NCBI GenBank assembly: GCA_965153355.1
Contig: OZ231126.1
Coordinates: 39,432,001-39,496,000 of the forward strand
Source of the DNA: Flaccisagitta enflata
Lineage: Eukaryota
DNA length: 64,000 bases
Direction of reading: 5' to 3'
Below, piece after piece: positions 51,779-64,000 of this stretch. Every line of letters starts with the position of its first letter. The first letter of the stretch is position 1. Under the pieces are notes generated by a model. That model had not been told where the DNA came from, did not search any database, and was given only the letters and a program-made list of their open reading frames with translations. Made by a program: the position numbers and the translations under genes.

Positions 51779-51852
<74 letters not shown>

Positions 51853-51934
51853 GGATACTAACAACAACTACAACAACACCACCACCATCACCACCACCAC
51901 CACCACCACCACTACCACCACCACCACCACCACC

Positions 51935-52007
<73 letters not shown>

Positions 52008-52063
52008 GCAACAACAATAACAACCATAACAACAAAAACAACAGCGAAATGATTATTATTTAC

Positions 52064-52177
52064 CGCATTATGGTTCTCCTTAGAATTCTACCCTCATCAT
52101 CAAATCCCGTGACGTATGCGGACACGTATAAAGCGGTTGTATCAGGCCATGGAAGTGCATATTGAATATCCCACCAC
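52064..52177 (-). CDS. BEST: Bestrophin exon 2
   Basis: WWDIQYALPWPDTTALYVSAYVTGFDDEGRILRRTIMR; ttcag| and |gtaaat. Confidence 0.95.
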
Positions 52178-52469
52178 CTGAAATTAAATTGTTAGCATTT
52201 ATTCATTTCTTCATTTGATCATTCCTTTATACATTCCTTCATTTATTCATTAATTCGTCCATTCATTCTTTCATTTATTTGTTTGAACATTATTTCAATG
52301 ACCAATTGATTGATCGATCGATTGATTCATTGATTCATTAAATCATTCATTCATTCAATCATTTATCAATTCATCTATTCATTTATCTATTTATCCAGTT
52401 TTTGAAAGAAGAAGTCGATTTTCGATGTTGAGTGAGACCAAGACAAATGATGCGTATTTATAAAATATA

Positions 52470-52750
52470 CATTCATTCGTTCGTTCATTCATTCATTCAG
52501 TCATTCATTCATTCATTCTTCATTCATTCATTCATTCATTCATTCATTCATTTATTCAATCACTCATTCATTCATTCATTCATTCATTCATTCATTCATT
52601 CATTCACTCACTCATTCATTCATTCATTCATTCATTCATTCATTCATTCATTCATTCATTCATTCATACATTTATTCATTCATTCATTCATTCATTCATT
52701 CATTCATTCATTCATTCATTCATTCATTTATTCATACTGTCATTCATTTA
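52470..52750. repeat. (ATTC)n microsatellite in bestrophin intron 1
   Basis: Directly visible. Confidence 0.9.
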
Positions 52751-52778
52751 GTTAATCAATTCCAATGTATACACTCAC

Positions 52779-53062
52779 CGATTGACGATTAGCGACACGT
52801 AAAATCCGAGAATGAACGTCAGCGGGATCGAGTCCAATCTCGAATTGCAATAGTAGCAGATTTCGTAAAAGGTCCTCGAATTGGCGACCAAATTACGAGC
52901 AAAGACCAGATAATTGCAGAGAGTCACTCCGACCAACAGAATCGCGAAGAACACGAATTCCGGCATGAGAAGTTTGTAGACGGAACCGCGCCATCTGCGC
53001 ATGATCCGTGCGAACGACAGAAATGTCGCCGTAGCAACGTCCGCTTGATACGTCACCGTCAT
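52779..53062 (-). CDS. BEST: Bestrophin (Ca2+-activated anion channel family), coding exon 1
   Basis: MTVTYQADVA..RWRGSVYKLL..IPLTFILGFYVSLIVNR: bestrophin N-terminus and TM2 neck (I-x3-F-x3-F); CG|gtgagt. Confidence 0.97.
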
Positions 53063-53190
53063 CGTTGATTTTTTGTTAGTAGGAGCGAAATGATGTGGTT
53101 GCGGTTGTTGTTGATATCTTCGTTGTTGATATTTTTGTTGTTGTTGTCGATGTTGTTGTTGTGGTTGTAGTTGTGGTTATGGTTGTTGTT

Positions 53191-53270
<80 letters not shown>

Positions 53271-53887
53271 CGTTGTTGTTGTTCTTGCTTTTGCTTTTGT
53301 TTTTGCCTTTGTTTTTGTTTATGATTTATTTTTACTTGTTTTTGCTCTTATTTTTGTTTCTGTTGACCTGTTTTTGTTGCTCTACGTTGCCTCGTCATCC
53401 ATGTTTCTTTCTCGAATTGTTTATTCAATGATTACAACACTGTTGCCATGAGATGATGACGAGTCACGTAGTTTCGTGAGAAGTAGTAACTGCTTTTCGC
53501 TGAACACAGAGTTTCTGATCGTCCAAAAAAGAAGAACACGCTGTGTAATTCTGTTGCATGGAAATATTCTTTTATCTCTGTCGTAAAGGAGTGGATGATT
53601 TCACATGAAACAATAACGACGCATCGCCGGACAGGTTTCCCTTTAAGCTATTGTGCGAATTTCAACTTCCTTTCATTTCTATTCTTCCCATCATTTTCTA
53701 TTTTTCGCACGCCCCAGCGAATTTCGCCTGATTACATCTTTTTCAAGAGTTGAGATGAAAAAAAAAAACTTTGAAGCCTTTGCAAATTAGTTATAATTCA
53801 AAAGTTGACAAGAACCTCTCCATTTTCTCTTTTTCCCATTGTCTGCCGAGACAATGTCGAGAGAGAAAAACAAAATTTCAAGTTTTT

Positions 53888-54070
53888 AGTCGCGTACACG
53901 CGACTCTACACCCCGCTTTGTCCGTCGTTCGGTCGGTCGGTCTGTCACACTTTAATCTTTTATGATTTTTTTTTTGGACCTCACTGCTCCTGCCCAAATG
54001 GTCCAGTGACCTCAAATATGGCCCCTGCCTACCCGCACGCGACTTCGGTAGCCGTGTATCCGGCCTTGTT
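53888..54070 (+). mobile_element. HINE-like element (AGTCGCG subfamily)
   Basis: AGTCGCGTACACGCGACTCTACA...CCCGCACGCGACTTCGGTAGCCGTGTATCCGGCCTTGTT. Confidence 0.75.
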
Positions 54071-55109
54071 TCTTCTCCGTTCCGCTTGCAACGACCTCAC
54101 GAGGCCTCATTCTTTAGTCACGATTCACATTTTAACACGTTCTCACTCTACGTGTTCTCCGTGTCTTTGCAATGAAAATTTTATGGAACTTTCGTTCGAG
54201 AGGTTTCCTTTCTTTCAAGTCATTTTACTTTCCTTTTTTCTTCTGTGTTTAATTAAAAGTTTGTTGTAAAGATGTCACTTAGAGTGGTTTTGCGTGATTT
54301 TATGAAAATCGAGGGTAAGCGCAGTTTCAAGATCTCTCTTTTTCCTTAGCCAAAAGCTTGTTGCAAATCCACCAATGGAAAGAACCGGTGGGATTTGGAT
54401 ACACGCTGCAAGTGATGCTTTGAATCAATACGATGGCTGTGTCGGTCGTTCCGTCGGTTTGACAAACTTTATTGGGTCGATCAGTATTATCATCATCGTT
54501 TTTGTTTGTTGGTCGGTCGGTCGGTCCGCTCATTAGTTACAGCTATCCAGCTATACAGACCCTGCCGAGCGCTGACCTCGCTTCCATAAAACGGTGAAGG
54601 GTGTATGTTGGTAACATCCCACAAATGACAAAGTAGGCGGAGGGGGGGGAGAGGGAGGGGTTGAATAAGAGATATCATGAAAAGAAAGCGGTTGAGGTGC
54701 GCGATAAGTCTCATTGAAGATGCAACAGATTTGAGAGTAAGATTTAACGTTGGGCAGAGAGGGTGATGGGAGTTGTATTGAAGATGTTACGTAGGTGAGA
54801 GGGAGAGGGAGAGGGAGTTTGTGGGGGGGGGAGTCTTCTGGAAAGTAAGATTAGTGGTCGGATGTGAAAAACATGGGGGGATAGGGGGCACGATGACGGA
54901 TGTGTACATATTTGAGTGGTGGGATATCTGAGAGGAAGGTGCGGCAGTGGGACGTCGGGTGGGTTTCAACAAATCATATCACTTGTGTATCAGTTACCTC
55001 ATTTGGTGGGTCACGAAGCGTGCACAACTTAATCGGATTCATCTTTTAATGTGATTTTTGAAGAGATGAGACACGTCTTCGTCAAAATTCAGACGTCACT
55101 CACAGCTTG

Positions 55110-55800
55110 TTGACAATGCCTTCATCACCTGCATTGAATGACAGCACCCTCATCGTATGTACTGGTAAAACCAGCGCCGTCATCCCCTGGGATTAATTAT
55201 TGCACATTTTTTACTTGCATTGTAACTGTAAGGGAAAACCAGCACCCTCCTCACTCTCGATATATCATAAGTAATGGCATTTTAATAACTTGCAGTACCC
55301 TCATCCCTTGCACTGGTACATGGTGGAACAGTGTCATTTAATGCCATGTGCACCTTTATAACTTGCGGTGAATGACAGTACCCTCTTTCTCTGTAGTTAG
55401 TGAAACAGCACCCTCATCATGTGCAATAAATGACAGCGCCTTTAAAACTTGCGGTAGGTAACAGCGCCCTTAACTTCTGTGTTGGTAAAACAGCGCCCTC
55501 ATCACTTCGAAGACGTAAGAACTAACAACGCCTTTTATCGCGCCTATATCGCTTGTACATTGAATGACATCGGCCTCATCCTCTGTTCTGGTAAAACAGC
55601 CCCCTTATTAGTTACATGCTGAGTGACAGCGTTTTTAACACTTGCGTTGAAAACAAGCTTTCTCGTCACATGCATGGAATGACAACATTTTCATCACTGG
55701 CATTTAATAGAGACCCTCAGCAGTGAGTCGCCCTCTGTTCACGTTAAACGGCAACCTAATCACTGACACTACTGAATGACAACCCCTCCATCTCATGCCA
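55110..55800. repeat. Degenerate ~42-bp minisatellite
   Basis: Recurrent (GAATG/GTAAA)ACAGCrCCCTCATC cores at roughly 40-45-bp spacing. Confidence 0.6.
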
Positions 55801-57126
55801 TCACTTAGCCATACGCGTGGCAATAGTGCGGCGGTAATGATAATCTCCACTCGGAGACGTAAAAGAAAAAGTATTTTTAACTTTTTTAGTATCGCGACTT
55901 CGCAAGTCTTAAAAAGCTGCCGCCCCAAGAGAAACACTTCACCCGCAGCTTAGAATGAAAGCGTCACGATTTAGCCATCATCATTACTCTTTCTCTCATC
56001 ATCGCCGTCATTATTGCCGTCACTATTACCTTTACTCTTGCCCTCATCATCATCATCATCATCATCACTACAATAATATTCACCATCGCCATTCCTTTTT
56101 CCCACGTAATCACCATTTTATTGCTGTCACAATTGCCGTCATTTCCCACAACCAAAATGATGATGATTACTACCGTCACCATTGTCATTGCATTCGCCAT
56201 CGCCATTACTTTTTCCCACATAATCACCATTTTATTGCTGTTACGATTGCCCTCATTTCCCGCAACTAAAATATCAATGATAACCATCGTTACCATCGTC
56301 ATTGTATTCACCATCGCCATCATTTTTCCCTCATTATCACTATTTTTATTGCCATCATAATCGCTCATTGCCCATTGCCCGCTACTAAAAAAATGATGAT
56401 AATCATCATCGCCAGTATCGTTGCATTCACCATCCCTATTACTTTTTCCCTCATCATCATCATCATCATCATCACCGTCATCATCATTATCATTGCCGTC
56501 ACAATTGCCCTCATTGCCTTTAATCAAAATGATGACTATAACCATCGTCACTCCCGTCACTATCACCGTTTACTCTTACTTATATAATCTTCGTCATTAT
56601 CGCCGACACAATCACGCTCAGAACAGCCATCACCGATCATCATCACCATCGGCATGGCATCATCATTTTCATGGCCGGTATGGCATCATCATTGTCATGG
56701 CCGACATCGCGTGCGGGTGAGCAGCGGCGGTGATAATACTATGTTGAGACCAACCATGAATTTTGGCAGGGGCATTAATGAAAAAGAAAAAAAGAATAAA
56801 AACCGCTCAAAAATGTCGAAGAAGTAAAAAGACTAAATACGGACTAATAAGTGACAGTTTCTACTTGCAATAGGTGAGAACAGATTCGGACACCTTTCCC
56901 CCTTACCACGCCCTCACCCCTTCACCTTCCCGGTCCGTTAAGAGAAATGACGTCGATGACTTTCTTTTTTTATATCACCTTAGTTTTTTTTCTTTTTCCT
57001 ATTTTTCTTCACCTTTGCTATCTCATTGACATTGCGACATTTTTGCAGCTCGCAATTTCAGTTCCCTTTTTTTTTTCTAACACTTTTTGTCTCTCTTTCA
57101 ATTTCAGGTATTTTTTTGCCAATGAC

Positions 57127-57168
<42 letters not shown>

Positions 57169-57343
57169 CAGAGAGACAGAGATAACACCTGTCACAAAAT
57201 TAGGCGAACTGTAATTATGTTTTGAAACTCCAAAACAGGAGTCCAGGTTAAGGATGATATTAAAATTTGTTATTTCCCTGAACAATCTACTGAAAAAGTC
57301 TAAACCATATCAACCAAGAGCTGCAATTAGTATCATTAAATGA

Positions 57344-57780
57344 TACCAGTAATGGCGGCTATTGCCATGAGAAATGAAGTTGTAAGCATTGGCTAATTTT
57401 CACAAAACTTTGGCTCATGAACATGTTTTCTTGCATTTGCATGCTCAAACAAACAACAACACATTCCTTTTTTATGATACTACATAAAATCATGAAAAAT
57501 TGAAATAATAATCAATATGAATTTTTTTATCAATAAGTCTTTACAAAATCATTACTAAAAAAATATTTGTCAAAGAGAATTCTGCTTGGCGTCAAATGAA
57601 AGAGAATTATCAAATCTACTCACCCTATCAATTTTCTTTGGACGCTACAAACAGCCCGACAAGGGCCTAATTAGAGGAAAACCGATGAGAACCTAAGAAT
57701 AAAATGAAAACCATGTTTCTCTTCAATATGTAAAAAAGTCTAAGACTGTCGAACACTGACCTCGACTTTTTTCCTGATCA
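57344..57780. mobile_element. Truncated copy of the 21938-24350 element (left arm, internally deleted)
   Basis: TACCAGTAATGGCGGCT..GTAAGCATTGG then sequence matching ~22440-22770. Confidence 0.75.
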
Positions 57781-58855
57781 TTCAAATTTTGGTTTTGATT
57801 AGGCGTCAAACCTGTCGCTGAAATCATTCTATTTGACAAGTGGTGTCATGACTTTTTGCAGCTGTCACCGAATACATCCTGGTACTTTTGACTGAGTCAA
57901 GTCTGTCAGTGATACAAGAGCCTGAGATTTGATGTTTTCTTGCACTTTTCATTATCAAAAATTTCCATGTCATAATAAGTCAAAATCTTTCACCGCATTT
58001 TTGGCAAATCACTTTCCGAGAGCCACTTATTTTTCCCAGGTCCAAAATTTTGTCAAATTTCAGTTTTTTGAATGCATATTTTTCCATCAATCATGAATTT
58101 CATGATCCTTTTTCTAGTCCGCCTAATTAAATGTAAAGGTGTGGCGTTGGGTCAGACGCGTGTATTTAAGCAGGGTAACTACGAATTGGCAAATGAATCG
58201 ATTGTAAAACTTGTAAAACATGTTATCGACTGACCGATGGCGATGATCAACCTACCTACTTCCGTTTGGGAGTTTGACAAGGCCGATCGAGCAACGATGC
58301 GTCCTTAATGTGTCACTGCGTTGCGTGCGTTGCGTCTTATATGGAGAAGCAGATAAATGGATAGACTGACATACTGAATTCTGACATTGTCCAAGGTGCC
58401 TCTCTGAACATGTTTGACGATCATTTGATATTGTGTCGGATCTCGTTAAGGCCGAGGAGTGCGGTTTTTTTTTCTTCAAAATGGCATAACGGACGGACGG
58501 ATGAACAGATGATGGATGGACGGATGACGGATGAATGGACAGGAGGGATGGACGGACGGATTGATTGACAGAACCTCTTGAATTGATAGTCGTGGGCGCA
58601 TCTTAAAAAACGGTAATAGTGATTTTATAGTAGCTATGGTTGTAATATGCTTATATGATTGAATAGTGTATACCTATCCATCTCTCAGTCTCATGGTGTA
58701 TCTTGCCCGGATTTTTCATCTTTTACTCACGGAACCGCGACTCTAAAAGAGGCTTTGTCTATCAGTCTGTCAAGTCCGTCCGTCCGTCCTTCCGTGAGTC
58801 CGTGATTACTGATAATTGGGTTTAGAAGTGTGAAAAAGCTCATTTCAGATAATAC

Positions 58856-58965
<110 letters not shown>

Positions 58966-58979
58966 GCGTGTGCGTGCGT

Positions 58980-59033
<54 letters not shown>

Positions 59034-59100
59034 ACGTGTTCGCTTGTGTGCGTGTTAGGGGGATGTCGATGGGGTTTGCACGCCCCTCCCCACCCGTCCG

Positions 59101-59146
<46 letters not shown>

Positions 59147-60065
59147 TCCCCCGTTCTTTTTCTGAAGGGCAACGTATGCGTTTCTGTGATGTCGTTTCCT
59201 GAAATAACTTTTGAGTCGCATTAACGAGGAATTCTTAACAGCAAACTCTCATCTTAGTGATCTCTTTACAGCCCCTCATCCCAGTCATCCCAATCATCTC
59301 TTTTAAGCCCCTTACTTTTGCTTTACCCATCCCACTGATCTCCTATTATCGCTTTACACAACCCCCTAGCCAAAGGATCCCTCGCGTAAGACTCATTGCT
59401 AGCCCTCTTTTTTCCTTCTACCGATCCCACAAGCCTTTTTTACAGCAATTAACGCTAACATTGCCGTACGCCCCCACTATGCTTAACTTCTGCGGAGGGT
59501 TGATTTAATAATTTCCCTACGATAATTACCATGGCACGTGAAATAATATGATAAAACCCGTTATAGGAGAGTGAATAAGGCTTATTCACTCTCCTTACCG
59601 GTTTATCCCAACCTTCAACAAATCCCTCCCCGAACCATCATCCACTTCCCAAACCATTTGAGTTATTAAAAAAAAACTTATTATCCCACCAGCCGCCCCC
59701 CCCCTCTCGCCATTACCTCTCTCTATCCTTGCCCCCTACACCCTAGCTTCACCTCTGAACCATCCTCTTCCCATAAAGACCATGAATTTTAGGAAGGTTG
59801 GCCCACCGCCTCCTAATTTTACCCTATCTACCTCCCCTTTCTCCCCATCACCTAACCTTTAAGGATGTTTGGTCCACTGCCCCCTTGCTCACCCCTTTAC
59901 CTTCGCATCATCCCTTCCCCACCCCTAACACCATACCCTGACCCCCCATCCATCTTCTCCACCTGGGATTGAGATCGGGATTGGACGCATATGGAAAGCA
60001 AAGGTACAACTGCAATAAACAAAATTGAAGGTGACTTGAAGGAGAGAAATTATCGCACAATCTTG

Positions 60066-60958
<893 letters not shown>

Positions 60959-61467
60959 GCCCGCTTCTCCTTTTCCCGGCCTTATGCCACTTTAAGACAT
61001 TCCGCCCTCAGGCCTGAGATCAGCGACCGGGAAGAGGAAAAGGAATTGGCGCCGAGGAAGAGATTACAGGCAAAGGATGAGAAACAGCCTGAGATGAAAT
61101 CGAAGCCAAAGGTGGAGATGATAGGCAGAGAATAAGAGAAAGGCTGAGATGGAGCCATAGGTAGGCGTAGGTAGGGCCAGAGCGAGAGATGATAGGCGAA
61201 GGATTAGAGAAAAGTTAAAGAGGATGAGATGATAGACAAAAGATGAGATTTGAGACTGATCAAAATCTAGAGCCTAAGGAAGAGATAAGAGGCTAAAGTA
61301 ATACAAAAAGATGAAGCATAAGCTGAAACGAGAGGCAGAATATGAGGCGAAGACAAGCTAAGATAAAACCAAAGTAACAGCAAGAGGGGGCTAAAGATAA
61401 GAGAATTTTAGACTGACTCAAAAGCCTGAGCCAAAGGAGGCGATAAGATGCTTATAGTTATACTACG

Positions 61468-62606
61468 TATCTAGAGCAAAAGTATGGCAACAGATGTTTT
61501 GAGCAATGTTTCTGCTTAGAATAAAAAAATCATATAAAAGTGAGATTCTGAAACTAGATCAAATTTCTGATCCAATGACGCAAATTGCATTGATCTAAGT
61601 CAATGCGTTTAGAAATGACAGATAAAACAAGATTGCTACTCCAAATCAAAAATGGCAAAAAAAATTGTAGTTAATTATTGAATGATGGCACTTCAACACA
61701 TTGCACTGTCACAAAGAAGCAATGGCACACAAAACACAGTGTCAAACTTTTTTTGTGGTTGGCTGGGGACAGCCCAAATCTCAAACAAAGCAGCTACTAA
61801 GCAAGGGACATGTGACTTTGGTTGCATGGCAAGGCTTAAAAGAATCAGTCTTAAAGTCTAGAGGAAGATCTTGCCAACTTAACTAAAATCTCTTTACAAA
61901 TGCATGCTGAGGCCTATGCACGTAGATCGGAAAGTGTACCATAACAGGACAAAAATATAAGCCGGTGCCTAGAGATGACAACTATGGTAGAAAAATGTTC
62001 TTAATTATGTGTAGATCACATCTATATAGGGTTTTGCCTGCGTCACGATTCATCTAGGGACATTTTTTCGCGCTTGAACTCAGTAGGTTCAACATTTTGG
62101 AGGCTCTGAATGGACAAGATTTTTTTCATCTGAGATAGGAATTTTGAGAGTTTTTTTAATAAGTCCTACAAATTTAAGAGCAGGCTTACCAAATTCTACA
62201 CATGGCATATTCAATCAATCCTGAACCTTTGCTAAAGATTTGGCATCCTCCCTCATATCATAAGTACCATTTTTCATGTCTAGAATAGTATCATATGAAA
62301 TGGAAAAAACAATTTTTGCCGTTTTTTAATTTGAGAGAAGTAGTTAACTTCAAGGGGCAAAAAGAGGCTTTGGATTTGCTAGCACGCAGGTAAAACCAGC
62401 TTCAGCCGTTTATTTTGGTCAAAAGTGCCAGCTTAATTTTTTTTGTCTTGAGGTGACGCCCTCTGGGAACATAGTGCTATGAAGGCGGTCATTGATGCCC
62501 AGGGAGGGAACGCCGTGTATTGAACATATTTTGCAATCATATTATGCATTATTTATTAAATACATGAATAAAGTCTTATGGTGTTGCCATACTTTTGCTC
62601 TAGATA
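61468..62606. mobile_element. TIR element (~1.1 kb) inserted in a purine-rich degenerate repeat
   Basis: 25-bp inverted repeat TATCTAGAGCAAAAGTATGGCAACA / TGTTGCCATACTTTTGCTCTAGATA; TSD unclear. Confidence 0.7.
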
Positions 62607-64000
62607 GTAGGCAGAAAGTGGATGCTGTAGATGAGGCATGAACGAAACTAAAGAGATGAGAGCTGAGATAGTTCCAAAGTTGGAGCTAGAAGAAGAGATC
62701 TGAGGCAAAATGTGAGAGAAAAACAGAGACAAAACCGATTTAACAAGATGACATTTAGATGCTGAAAACGAGGCAAAAACTAAGACTGAAACGATGCCAC
62801 AGGCGTTGTTCGCCGCTCCCTTTCCTCTGAAAACGGGTCGGTTTACCGGCAAATAATGGATATGCGCCACTATAGGCTGAGAATAAGACAAACGCATTAT
62901 AATTGATAGTCAAAAGACAGAAGCGAAGAAATTGAACGAAAAGGCAGAAGGAGCCGATAGGGCAGAGCGATAGCCAGAGTTACCGCCCAAGCCATAGAAG
63001 GAGATATGTAGCCAAAGGCGGTCGAGAGAAGATGCAGAAGAAGGCTAAAACGCGCAGCCGATCAGCTAATTCTAAAACCAAAGATTTTAGTCTTAAGTGG
63101 ATGGAGAAAATAGAAACAAAGCTTAAGATGTTCAGCGGTGCCCATTGCCCCCTTGTTCATGTAGCTAAGGATAATACAGTGAGTGGCCAAAGGGCTTTAA
63201 AGAGGCTGGTGTAAATTAAATTGTAAATTCGTAGTAACGGAAAAATCTTAAATCTTGGGATTTGATTTAAGAAGTGCATTACAGACTTTGAGACTTGGGC
63301 AATGAGTTTGATTTCGTCCAAGTATAGATTAGACATTGGAGCTGAGGTTAATAATTGGAGCGTCAAGGACAAAATGATGCCTTGAGATTTGGGCGTGATG
63401 GCTTGAATATAGGCTAAAAAATTACTTTTTTTTCGACCAAACTAGGAACGTCAAAAAAATCGCGGGTCATGGGTTTCTTTGGGACGATGTCTCAATACGA
63501 GAGGTCCATACAAAATCGCCGATAAGTATCACACAGTGACTCAATATGATCCCGACCAAGTTGATCACTGATGGCATTTGAATTCACAGACAAAAAATAC
63601 CATTTCTAATTGTTTGACTAGATATGAGACAAACATTTTTTCGAGAATGATCATAGTCTTTTGTTCAAAAGGGATTCAAATACGATTAAAATCATTCTGA
63701 CAAACTCCTAGGGCCCCAAAAATAATTTGTTTAAGCCAATCTTCCATATTTTCAACATGTGGAATAAAAGAAATTCATTGAAGGAACCAAACAATCATTT
63801 CTTTATACAGGCGAGATTTCGTTACAGGCGCGTTTACCTTCCCCCATTTTGTAACGTCTGGGTAATCTTAAGGGGAAACTGTCAGTGTTTATTCCAAAAT
63901 TGATGGGAATCTTCAGCGTGGAAATTTGAACCGGTAACAGAAATCAAGAATCACTGTGAAATTCTTTGGTCTATAAATACGCTCTGGCGTGAGTGTGAAA

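Noticed and set aside
55110-55800. Regularly spaced repeats as a CRISPR-like array
   Set aside because: Units are degenerate with related intervening sequence, no cas genes, eukaryotic context: a minisatellite.

Overview
Repeat-rich animal (probably invertebrate) nuclear DNA with spliceosomal introns; nothing prokaryotic. Three protein-coding loci can be reconstructed by hand with consistent splice phases. (1) A RUN-domain gene of the RUNDC3/RPIP8 family (+, ATG 2472; 8 homology-supported exons to 21848 plus two inferred 3' exons to 34527; ~472 aa). (2) An intron-containing gene (+, visible exons 40054-40476 and 40700-42325, 682 aa, first exon not found) whose main globular part resembles the N-terminal domain of Penelope-like retroelement ORFs, without RT or endonuclease, followed by a PAM2-like motif and an RGG tail. 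This candidate domesticated retroelement protein is the most interesting feature and is splice-phase-compatible with the RUN gene. (3) A divergent 7-exon bestrophin (-, 53062-45674, ~1627 aa) with a D301N-equivalent change in the Ca2+ clasp and a ~1250-aa low-complexity tail. The rest is non-autonomous DNA elements (Helentron/HINE-like elements with co-varying hairpins; Tc1/pogo-, hAT- and PIF-like MITEs; nested foldbacks), a 3.4-kb tandem duplication that may be an assembly artefact, and microsatellites that explain most ORF-track entries. Homology calls rest on recalled family motifs; no searches were run.
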